Below the pieces are notes generated by a model. It was not told where the DNA came from and did not search any database. It worked only from the letters and a program-made list of their open reading frames with translations. The position numbers and the translations under genes are program-made. A DNA stretch of 63,955 bases, counting the filler, from Octopus bimaculoides (lineage: Eukaryota), in assembly GCF_001194135.2 (NCBI RefSeq). It is 7 parts of 6 records of this genome, joined end to end, with 100 filler letters (N's around TTAATTAATTAA, not from the genome) between each part and the next. Parts side by side here need not be neighbours in the genome. Positions count along the whole stretch, not along the records: positions 49,595 to 58,583 come from NC_068989.1; positions 58,684 to 61,329 come from NC_068998.1; positions 61,430 to 62,550 come from NW_026329019.1; positions 62,651 to 63,955 come from NW_026339659.1; 3 more parts are not named here. One strand, given 5' to 3'. Of the stretch, positions 52,659-63,955 are shown in pieces; the stretch's first letter is position 1; each line of letters opens with the position of its first letter.

Positions 52659-55547
52659 GTATGGCGTCCCATCCAGGTGGGGAACCTATACGCCAATGAA
52701 ACCGGGAGACTGGCCCTTATGAGCCAGGCATGGCTCGAGAAGGAACAAGCAACTTAGGTTCACGTGTGGCTAAGAAGCTCATTTTCTAACAACGTTGTTT
52801 CGCGATCCGGCCCAGTACCTGCAACCAATGCCTTGTGAATGAATTCAGTAGACGCTAGCTGAAGGTAGACATATAGATGTATATACACACGTTTGCGCGC
52901 GCGCGCGTGTTTGTGAGTGTGTGTGTGTGATTTTATGCTTTTCTATTCTACTGCTCGACAAATGTTATTAACGGTTCGAGAAAAGAGATAAATGAAATAA
53001 GTACTAGGCTGAAAAATAAGTACTGGTTTAGATTTGTTCAACTAAAATCCCTTCAAAGTGGTGCCCCAGCATGGCCAAAGTCCATTGACTGCAACAAGTA
53101 AAAAATAAAAGACAAAATATATATCTTGTTTTATTAATCACTGTGCATTCAGAACACACTTACGAATAACACGAATTTCAAGACCCCCGAGCATTAGTAT
53201 GTATTATCTAAATCCTTAAAATTATATTTTTAAAAGTCTGCAGTGTATCGACGTTGACCCTTGACCTGCTAGAAATAACAGCCATATTTTCTTCGGATTA
53301 CATCCCATCGTCTAAAAAACTGTTGGATTCATTGCATAGTATTGCTGTACTTAAACTACGTGCAGAAAGAAAAGATGTCATGGTCACACTTGACATCGGA
53401 CTGTAAGCACAAATCTCCCTAACCAGGCTGGCCCAGGGGATAAAGACATCTTTTTTAATTACTCTACATTTACAATGTTAAGTTGACTCTTTCAGCTGTA
53501 AAATCTTGACCCAATGAGCTGCAGGTCATCCCAATTACTTCTCTTTTACTCGTACAAACTGATCAGGAGCTGACACGTGCTACAGATCTGTCTCTCATAA
53601 GCAGATAGTTGGTTTAGGTTATTTAAAAGAAAGAAAAAAAGCAATGAGCAAAATGATAGATTCTTTTGATGGTGATCGGGATTTGTTATAAGTGTATGAC
53701 ATCAGAAGTTAAATGGACAAGGGAAAATAGACCCTGAGTTTGAAGGGTTCTGGGACGAGTGTCTCAGCTGTCGATAAATCTTTTATTATCCATCTAAGCC
53801 ATGTGACTCTTCACCTCAAACAGCATATTACCGAATTCGGGGTCTGACAGGATTGGTGTTAGATCTACGGCTCCAAGTTTTCCGTTCTTGCAATCGCAAA
53901 TATTTGTCACTTTATGAGTGTAGCCGCCTTTTCTTGCATTTTATTTGCCTTCGATGCAATCTGGTCTCATTTGTTTCTGTCTATTTTTTGTGCTTTTTCT
54001 TTTGTTCACTCTAATATTTTTACTTCTCCTCTACTGTTTCCACATCTTCATTATTGCAAGATGATGTAGTAGCGCTACTGAGCATGGCTTCTGATTGATT
54101 CGGTGCTGGGAGAAGACTTCTTTGTGCGTCACTTCGTTGTCGGTCTCTGATACAGGTGGCTCTGTAGTTAGGATGATTTTTTTAATGATTTTGGCTACCA
54201 TCAGTGTTCTGATCAGGATATGCCAACAGTGGCAATCTTGATTCTCTCCCCTAGCGAGTCTACCTCTTTTGTTACTATCTCCGCTACTCTCCTTCCTCCT
54301 CTGCTTGTGCTACAGTGTGTGTGGAAGACCCACAAATTCATTTAAAAGCTAATTGAATATTAACTGGTATTTCTTCTCTGCGCTAACAATCTGATTGCCT
54401 TCCCATCTGCTCCCATAAGAGAGTACAACTTGGGGATAGCTGCCAAATATTTGAGCTCCAATGCTTACACATCAGTGTGGACTCATCCAACGACACGTTG
54501 TTGCGTATCATCTCGGCGCTCACTATATTCCCGTACTGTATCGCAAATGTACCAACAAGCCTGCAGTGATCGTTTATACCAATGTCATTGGTTGTCATCT
54601 TCGTATTTTGTTTCTCTATTTACTTCTGCGCCAGCTTGCAGTCTTAAAGACTAGCAATTCACTTCCATAGCCTTATCTTAGTTGATAGAACACTAATCCT
54701 TCAACACATCAGCCAAGGGCTAGACGGCCATGTAAAACGAAAATCTCGTACAGTAAACTCACCAATTTTCAGGTCGTTCTCTCTTAGCTGTTACATATTC
54801 AGCTGTTTCGTCATTCAGGCAGGAGACCTTCAGTCATTTATCCAAAGCAAAATACATCAGTGACGGCTTTTGAAATAACGGTGACATTTTTCAGTGAAGA
54901 GCACGTCTGTTTATTCCCTATATTCATTAAGAGAACTCGTCTTACTACTAATATGAATGATAAAATAAAAAAATAAAAAATTGAATAAAATAAAATACAT
55001 ATAAAAATTCATTTGAACAACGTTCTAAATTTTATGTTTAAGTGTTATTTCAAGCAAAATATTTGCATTCATTGTTATCTTATCTTACTGCATTTCTACA
55101 TATATTTATTCACCAACCAAATTTGAAATACCAACACGTGGAGATGGGATTGGTGTTAAAGAGTACATATCACCTACCCGTTTAACTGGTGTTCTCTTTT
55201 ATTCATGAGAGAGACAAAATTCATATCCCCAGTTTATTTCAGCCCACGTATAACTTTCAACTACAAGTCCAACAACTCTCAAATAGCTAGAAGCAACTAA
55301 TAACAAACTTTATTACTAACTGCATATGTGTATATTTTTTTCTCTTTCCTGAGAATTTAAGAATCTGGTTCATGCGTCCACAAACCTACAAAATCACCAA
55401 AATAATCGCACTTACTATTTTCTCATATATCCTTCAATAATCTGGGAAGCTTTGGAATACCTTTATTTCTAAATCGTTAAAATAAAGATTATATTCTGTC
55501 CCCACTGTAGCACATCTGAACACATTCAAACAGGTTGGGGACAAAAT

Positions 55548-55606
<59 letters not shown>

Positions 55607-56829
55607 GTGAAAATTTACAAAAAGACAAAACACGAAGACGGGTGTGTAAACAACAAACAGATGTATTAGATTAACGCTCGGGAATTGAGAAAGTCATTTA
55701 CATTTCGAGCCTACGCGCAGGAGTGGCTGTATGGTAAGTCGCTTGCTTACCAACCACATGGTTCCAGGTTCAGTCCCACTGCGTGATACCTTGCACAAGC
55801 GTCTTTTACTATAGCCTTGGGCCACCAAAGCCTTGTGAGTGGATTTGGTAAACGGAAACTGTAAGAAGCCTATCGTATACATATATATATATATATAGGT
55901 TTGTGTATGTGTGCGTGTATATGTTTGTGTGTATGTGTTTGTCCCCCCACATCATGGCTTGACAACCGATGTTGTGTTTACGTCACTGTAACATAGCAGT
56001 TCGGCATAAAGGACCGATAGAATAATTACTAGGCTTACAAAGAATAAGTCCTGGAGTTGATTTGTTCAACTATAGGCGTTGCTCCAGCATGGCCGTAGTC
56101 AAATTACTGAAACAAATAAAAGAATATATATTTATATATAATATATATATATATATANNNNNNNNNNNNNNNNNNNNNNNNNNNNNNNNNNNNNNNNNNN
56201 NNNNNNNNNNNNNNNNNNNNNNNNNNNNNNNNNNNNNNNNNNNNNNNNNNNNNNNNNNNNNNNNNNNNNNNNNNNNNNNNNNNNNNNNNNNNNNNNNNNN
56301 NNNNNNNNNNNNNNNNNNNNNNNTATATATATGTATATATATATATATAACGAAAATATAACATGAGGATGGAGGACAACAGACGTTGAAAGAAGCCTGT
56401 CATATACATATATGACTGAAACAAGAAAAAAAAAATTAAGAAAAGAATAAGTGAGAAATCAAATCAAATACAAAAGAAACAGAAATTTATTTGATCTTAC
56501 TTTATTTCTCTTCTCACAATTCATCGACTGTTTCACAAGTTTCCTACCTCCTATTTATAAATTAAGAATATTTTAATTGCCATCATCGTTCGAATGAGAT
56601 CAATGTAGTTATATAATTTTTCTCTTTTTATTAATACTATGAGCCCCTGGAAGGTCGCCTTATCTCTGTTATTGTCATCGTAGTTGATGATATTACATTA
56701 TCTTTGTATTAATCTTACGTAAAATGGAGTTCCGCATGTGCACCAGCCCTAGAATTCACCCTACTCTAGGATACCATTTTGTAGCCAAATAGCAACATAA
56801 GTGCTCTTAGATGAATGCACGTCACGAGG

Positions 56830-57042
56830 TTTTCACCCGAATTCGCCATGACAGATCGCTGACCACTACATTTATATTTTTTTCTCCTTGTTTTTCTCCT
56901 TATTTCTTTCTGTGTTCCTTTCAGTTGAAGAGCGTAGCTCGAAACGTTAAAGACTTTCTCAATTTCCGAGCGTTAAACTAATACATCCTTTTGTTGTTTA
57001 CACCACCTGTCCTCGTCTGTTGTTGTTTTTTTCGTAAATTCT

Positions 57043-57050
<8 letters not shown>
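56830..57050 (+). ncRNA. Short repeat with hammerhead-like fold, variant-core family (copy 3)
   Basis: 56916-56954: UCCUUU-CAGUUGA-A-GAG(CGUAG)CUC-GAAAC-GUU-AAAGA. Stem I CUUU/AAAG pairs. Confidence 0.45.
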
Positions 57051-57083
<33 letters not shown>

Positions 57084-57248
57084 ACACACAAATATGCATG
57101 CACACAAGCACACGCACACACACGCACACATTTATCATATATATCATTCTTGTTCGCTGTCGATTGTTCACTTAGTTCTTTCTCTCCTGTTGTTCTTGAT
57201 TTTGTTATTCAGTGAAATTACACACACACAAGCACACACACGTAAGAA

Positions 57249-57285
<37 letters not shown>

Positions 57286-58350
57286 AAGAAACTATCGTCA
57301 ACTATAATAGAAGAGATGAAAGACCACGTTGTTGCAGTGTGCGGTTTTGATATTTCATACTTGGACGGAAACTTTGATAAAATTCAATCTGCGTGATAAT
57401 ATGTACTTTTGTGCTTGAAACTACCTTTTATCGGGTATTTGGATTATTCATTCATAGTTATATTCATATCACTTAACTTCCGTTGAGGAAAAAAAGAAAG
57501 AAAAAAAAAACGAAAAGAAAACAAACACACACAAAAAAAAAATCACAGCCATTCACAGAATTGTTAACAGAATTATGATATTTCAGATTAATTTTGATCT
57601 TTCTCCTTATTGGGTCGTGTCCAATAATGTTCACTAATTGAGCTAGAATTATTGCTGCACTCGTTGTTGTTCAATTGGAAACATGTAGCCGGTCTGGTTT
57701 GATCCTTTTATATTTTCTGAAACCTCTTACTTCATGTTTCTATCTAGAAAATTTCAAGCGTTGCTGGACAGAATATTGTGTACTGTACTTTTTATATTAG
57801 TCCTATATACAGTTTTGGGGTTAAAATCTATAATATTGAAACAAAAGACTGTTAACAATCTAGTCGAACACTAAAAGTGTGCTTTATAATGTGCAGATCG
57901 GTCTCTTCGATTTACTCAAGCTCTTCGTGGGATTATAAAGTCTGTCACTGTGAGCAATAAATGATGGCACAGTCTTTGATGAATTCCAAACACACGACTA
58001 AAATTAATTCGATAGGTCACACTGTTTTGTCCACGAACCTATTATATCTGAAGGGAAGGTGTTGATATCAATCTCCTACACACAATGATAGTTTAAAATG
58101 TCTAGATATAGCTTCTAGTACAGTTTAGCATAACGCGTCGATAATTGCTCTATTGAGCAAGCTGACAGGAAAGCGCTATTATATGCAAATCGGTTTATCC
58201 TGGTTACTTATTCACTTATTTATAATGGATAATTTGTAAGCAATGTCTTTGTTGACAGTTCATGAAATCCTGACACAAGATTGAAACGAAGCCGGCTGTC
58301 TTTAACTGATCATGAATATATTGTATATGAAGAGAAAATGTTTATATTTC

Positions 58351-58507
58351 ATTATTTACATTATTTACATTATTTACATTTGACGGATATTTGTCCTCTT
58401 TTTGTTTGTTGTTAACACAACGTTTCGGCTGATATACCTTCCAACCTTCATCAGGTGTCTTGGGGAAATTTCGAAACTGGGTTCTCATTCCTAAGGTATT
58501 TTCAATG

Positions 58508-58583
<76 letters not shown>
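58351..58583 (-). ncRNA. Second copy of the hammerhead-bearing element (head region falls in the N gap)
   Basis: ~58459-58414: GACAC-CUGAUGA-A-GGUUG(GAAGGUAUAU)CAGCC-GAAAC-GUU-GUGUU; tail (TGTAAATAA)x3. Confidence 0.75.
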
Positions 58584-58683
58584 NNNNNNNNNNNNNNNNN
58601 NNNNNNNNNNNNNNNNNNNNNNNNNNNTTAATTAATTAANNNNNNNNNNNNNNNNNNNNNNNNNNNNNNNNNNNNNNNNNNNN

Positions 58684-58731
<48 letters not shown>

Positions 58732-58734
58732 GTG

Positions 58735-58778
<44 letters not shown>

Positions 58779-59029
58779 TACATATACATATATATATACA
58801 TATAATAATATGTATGTCCGTGTGTGTATACACACAAACATATATACAGAGACAGACAGATAGACAGTACACAAAGAAATAACTTCAGTACACACATGTT
58901 TCTCATATGCGTTTAAGTGTTCACGGAAGCACTTACACATATACACAAAAGCCTACATACACATTCACACACATATATGCACCTGATGACAGGGTGACAT
59001 TTTTCCTATATTCCTATAAATAAAGCAGA

Positions 59030-59082
<53 letters not shown>

Positions 59083-59814
59083 CAGGCTATTTTAGTCTAT
59101 AATTTCTATATATTTATGTATATTTGGAGTGAGTGTGTGCACAAGCATGATGCGATAGCCATTGCCTTGTTGCGCATGAATGTGTGCCAGACTATATACA
59201 ATAAACTTTATCAAGTGACAGCTTTATATTGTTTGAACCCATTTAAAAATAACTAGAATACAATAAAAAAAAGAGAGAGAAATTATGTAAAAACAAAGGC
59301 TGTCAGTAAAGTTTTATTTATAAACTCATTGAAAAACCTCCGTCAATATTCTTTCATTTTATTACAAGAACCATGATGAAAAAATTCTGTGAATTTTATA
59401 GTTTTCAATTTTATTTCCGTATATTAATATATTATTGTAGTTTTCCCTTATTTTACGATTATTATTGTTATTGATTTTTTAAAATTATCCTTACGCTGGT
59501 GCCCTCTATTGGGATTTGATAGTATTATTCCTACGTACACCATTTTATGGGTTTATTTTTTCAATATAGTCCTTCCCAGACCGGTTCCTCTGCTCATTAT
59601 GTGCTGTCCTTTCTATGCATAATTAAATGCAGTTCGAACGTTTATGGCTATTCTTCTTTTGGGGATTTCCCAACAGCTCTTTAGTATGTAGTGACCATGG
59701 TGAGGGGTACGTGGGTGTGCGTATATATGTATGTTCGTATCAACAATAGGTATAGATATATATATATGCATATATAATATTTATATGTATCTGTGTATGT
59801 CATGTCTGTATATA

Positions 59815-59852
<38 letters not shown>

Positions 59853-59882
59853 ATGTGTCTCTGTATACATACATACATACAT

Positions 59883-59936
<54 letters not shown>

Positions 59937-60102
59937 GTATGTGTGTGTATACATATATATCTACATGCATATATACATATTTTCTCTTATTCTGAAATCG
60001 ACCACAGGACTTATTATTTGTAAGCCTAACATTTATGCTATCAGCCCCTTTTGCCGAACCGCTACGTTACGGGGACGTAAACACGCCAACATCAGTTGTC
60101 AA

Positions 60103-60436
60103 ACACCTACAGCTGTTTCCATACCCAATTAATTCAATTCCAGGAATTCAATTTGAAGAATTAAATTGAATTAAATTAATTTAGATTTTCTTATCGAATA
60201 TCGTAAATTGAGTATTTCATCAGGGGAGAGAACTTGTTAGAAAGGAGCTGCATTCCAACATGTTGATTGACCTTTGATAGAGCCATATATCTCATGGAAT
60301 GGAGCTCCTTTCTAACAAATTCCCTCCCTTTACGAAACACTCAATTCATAATATTTGATATAAAAAAGTTAAATAAATTTCATATAGTCTAATTCCCGAA
60401 ACTGAATCAATTAGTTGTGGAAACAGCTGTAGGTGT
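60103..60436. mobile_element. Fold-back MITE-like element with a perfect 19-bp TIR
   Basis: ACACCTACAGCTGTTTCCA (60103-60121) / TGGAAACAGCTGTAGGTGT (60418-60436); internal arms TGTTAGAAAGGAGCT / AGCTCCTTTCTAACA. Confidence 0.85.
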
Positions 60437-60693
60437 AAAGAATTCGATGTTATACTGAATGGAATTTGTTCAAATAAGTTGATGTCTATATATTAATTTC
60501 TCTATTTTCTTTTTCTCGTGCAAGAATATAGATAGATAGATAGATAGCTAGCTAGCTAGCTAGCTAGATAGATAGATAGATAGATAGGTAGATAGATAGA
60601 TAGATAGATATAGATATATATCCCTGCAGATGTATGTGTGCATGCATAATTTATGCATATACGTATGTTTGTCTTTGTATGTATGTATGTATG

Positions 60694-60727
<34 letters not shown>

Positions 60728-61258
60728 TGTATGTATGTATGTATGTATGTACGTATGTTTGTCTTTGTATGTATGTATGTATGTATGTATGAGTAAAGTT
60801 AAAAATCTGAATGTTTCTTACGTGTATGATCAACTCCGGCAAGATTTTCAGGACATCGAAGGACAGCTATTACGTTAGGCAGCGTTTCTGGCCAACATGA
60901 GACAGTGTCCCATTTTATGGTACAATTTCGTGGCTGTAAACCTGCAAAATTAAAGGACGCAATAGTTTAATGGATTAATGAAATACGTATGAGCAACATA
61001 CACTAACAAAAAAATACATAAGCATCCACACATACACAAACATCTCTTTTATCTCTTTCACTCGTTTCAGTCATTTGACAGCGGTCATGCTGGAGCATCA
61101 CCTTGAAGGGTCTTAGTCGAACAAATCGACTTCTTTTTTTTTTTAAAGACTAATACTTATTCTATTGTTTCTTTTGTCTCTTTTGCTGAACCGCTAAATT
61201 ACGGGGACGTAAGCCGAATCCGGTTGTCATCGGTGGTTGGTGACAAAAACAGACTCTA

Positions 61259-61329
<71 letters not shown>

Positions 61330-61521
61330 NNNNNNNNNNNNNNNNNNNNNNNNNNNNNNNNNNNNNNNNNNNNTTAATTAATTAANNNNNNNNNNNNNNN
61401 NNNNNNNNNNNNNNNNNNNNNNNNNNNNNATGTATCTATGTATGTATGTATATACGTGTATATTCATCTATTACCGTGCATATATTTAGCCATCTATATT
61501 CATATGTATATTATGTGTGTA

Positions 61522-61601
<80 letters not shown>

Positions 61602-62246
61602 CGTGTATATTTATACACGTGGTTTTGGAAATGGGGATTCGTTGTTTTGGTCTTTTTATGAGTTCGATGTGAGAGCGTGCATATTCTATCATTCCATTAT
61701 TGCCTTTCATGTGTTATAGCATTACTGCTGCAGATCCCGCTCCTGTTAGAGCAACGGCCACTACCACCATCGCTATCACCGCCATCACCGCCATCAGTTC
61801 CACCAGCACCACCAAAAACAACAGCAACATCAACAACAACATCATCAACAACAACAACACTACTGATGCTGCTGCTGCTGTAATTTTCTCATATCTTCGA
61901 AAATCAGAAATCTATCGCTTTCTATGTTTCTTCTTATCAGTTGTAATCTGTTAATTCATGTTGATTTCTAATTAGTAACTGAACACCCACAGAGTTAAAT
62001 AATCAATTCATTTTATCCAGTTTACACTAATTACCAAGACTAAAAATTATTCATTTATACTCAAACGCATACTAAGAAGAAGAGGGGTGTTCTGAGAGTT
62101 ATTCATGAAACGGAGGGCGCGAAGGAGAAGCAGAAGAAGCTAGAGAGAAGAGGAGAATGAGACTGAGAGAGGTAGAGACAGAGACTTAATGAGTTATCTA
62201 TGGCAGGAAGGAAAAGGACTGAAAATACTGAGAAATAAACTAAAAA

Positions 62247-62279
<33 letters not shown>

Positions 62280-62780
62280 AAGAAATAGCCATGAATGTAA
62301 GAAAGATTAAGTGACGAAAATTAGATGAAAAAAGAAGGGGAATAGTGAAAAGGAGCAAGCAAAGAAAAAAAAACAAAAGAAAAAGAAAACCGAAAAATAG
62401 GGAGAAGAAAGAAAAAGAAGAAAAAAAGAAAGACAACAGATAGGAGAAAGCGAGAGAAAAGTAAACGTGAATATTATAAAAATTGCTTATAGTATGCACG
62501 AATGTACATGTGTATGTATAAGAATATATATACATACATACATATAATATNNNNNNNNNNNNNNNNNNNNNNNNNNNNNNNNNNNNNNNNNNNNTTAATT
62601 AATTAANNNNNNNNNNNNNNNNNNNNNNNNNNNNNNNNNNNNNNNNNNNNTGTTAATGGCAAAATTCCAGCCGCTACTTGTAACTTTAATATTTTAATAT
62701 GTAAATATGGCCTGCCTTCATATCCAATATTATATATCATTCTTCTTCTTCTTCTTCTTCTTTTTCTTCTTCTTCTTCTT

Positions 62781-62852
<72 letters not shown>

Positions 62853-63347
62853 GTTAATATAATACTACAACCAGTTACAATATAGTAAGCCTTCTCTTAT
62901 AAACTGCCCAAATTTTATGCCGAAATATAGAATTGAGCTTCATTATTAAAAATCCTATTATTAACAGATAATCTGGAGAGTTTAAATGAAATATTTTTAA
63001 CAAAATTATCAATAATACTCCTAAATTGTTACTACAATGTACTATAGGTTATAGTCAATTCTCTATTATAATTGAACTCAATCTTCAAATGTCACTAAAA
63101 TTCTAGTAAAGCCCACAACTGTTATTGGTACATTATATACTAATGTGGCCTACTTAAAGATCTAAACTTATATTGTAATTTGCTAAATATTATATCTAAT
63201 CTTCAACTACCATGGGAATCTATACTATATTATCTTAAAAGGATTTTACAAAATCCTTGCTGCTATTAGTAAATTATATTAGTATGATCTGTCTATGGAC
63301 TAACTACTATAGTATAATTCATTATAATACCTTGTCATATTTCAATT

Positions 63348-63823
63348 TTATTTAAACCAATGAAAAGTATGTCTTAAAATATGTGTACATTTCAGAGCAT
63401 TATTTGTTAGTTTATTTATCAACTTACCCTTAGAGAATAATATGAAATAAAGCTCTAAGGTACAAAGCGAACGGTATTTCTTACCCCTCTCATATGGAAA
63501 AGATCTCGCGATAATTGACCATTCTAACCAATATGGCTTATTTTGTTCTTTGAGTTCCCAGATGTATTTACTAAGACTAGTGCTTGCTATTTTCCTTCTA
63601 TCTCTAAATGTATTAAAATGATTAGATATTCTTTTACATATTTGTCCTGAAGTACATCCCAGGTATCTTCTAGCATCTGTTTGAGTCCTTACCTTACATT
63701 GATAAACTACATTTTTAACCCTCGCATTAGGTCCTTCAAATTTCAATCTTCTAGGGTTGACCTCCGTTACTGTAATCAAATTCCTACTACTACAAACATT
63801 ATCACTATTATTAATAATACAGC

Positions 63824-63869
<46 letters not shown>

Positions 63870-63908
63870 ATCATTGCTATTTATATTATGGTTCAAATCC
63901 CTATCCAC
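63348..63908 (-). CDS. Penelope-like GIY-YIG endonuclease ORF, 186 aa, with N-terminal poly-Asn
   Basis: NVVYQC..RRYLGCT..CKRISNHFNTF..TSLSKYIWELK..LEWSII..PY..SLCTLELYFI..LINK..KCTH follows the PLE GIY-YIG consensus. Confidence 0.8.
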
Positions 63909-63955
63909 CCCTATTTCTTTAGACTTTAGTATTTTAAAATTATGGGCTGCAATTA

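Noticed and set aside
53850-54330. Possible decayed LINE ORF1-like coding remnant on the minus strand
   Set aside because: Purine-rich, coding-like composition but no motif I can assign.
57290-57396. MKDHVVAVCGFDISYLDGNFDKIQSA short ORF
   Set aside because: Short, follows a poly-A tract, no homology or splice support.
61600-61660. YTRGFGNGDSLFW as the missing FReD exon
   Set aside because: No upstream W, directly follows a (GT)n tract with no acceptor, lacks the WLG motif, and lies 47 kb away beyond FHOD.

Overview
Repeat-rich, AT-rich, gapped eukaryotic draft-assembly DNA. The SINE/LINE repertoire looks cephalopod, probably Octopus (inference from recalled repeat families, not a database hit). 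The one clear host gene is the 3' part of an FHOD-family formin on the minus strand: 8 coding exons from 49058 down to a stop at 34430, all with GT-AG boundaries and consistent phases, encoding the end of FH2 plus the DAD. Its upstream exons are not visible. A single fibrinogen-related-domain (FReD) exon lies on the plus strand at 14756-14903. Transposon content: a decayed R4/Dong-clade RLE non-LTR element (~803-3200), a CR1-like 3' fragment, a decayed Penelope-like (PLE) RT split by a SINE with a 17-bp TSD, an intact stand-alone PLE-type GIY-YIG ORF, several tRNA-derived SINE families, two fold-back MITEs, a 19-bp minisatellite and many microsatellites. The most notable signal is two short dispersed repeat families carrying minimal hammerhead-ribozyme folds. 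One has a tRNA-like Pol III head and a 9-mer repeat tail. The other has a variant CUGUUGA core. Most listed ORFs are microsatellite or N-gap artefacts. Repeat boundaries are approximate; splice-site coordinates were counted by hand.
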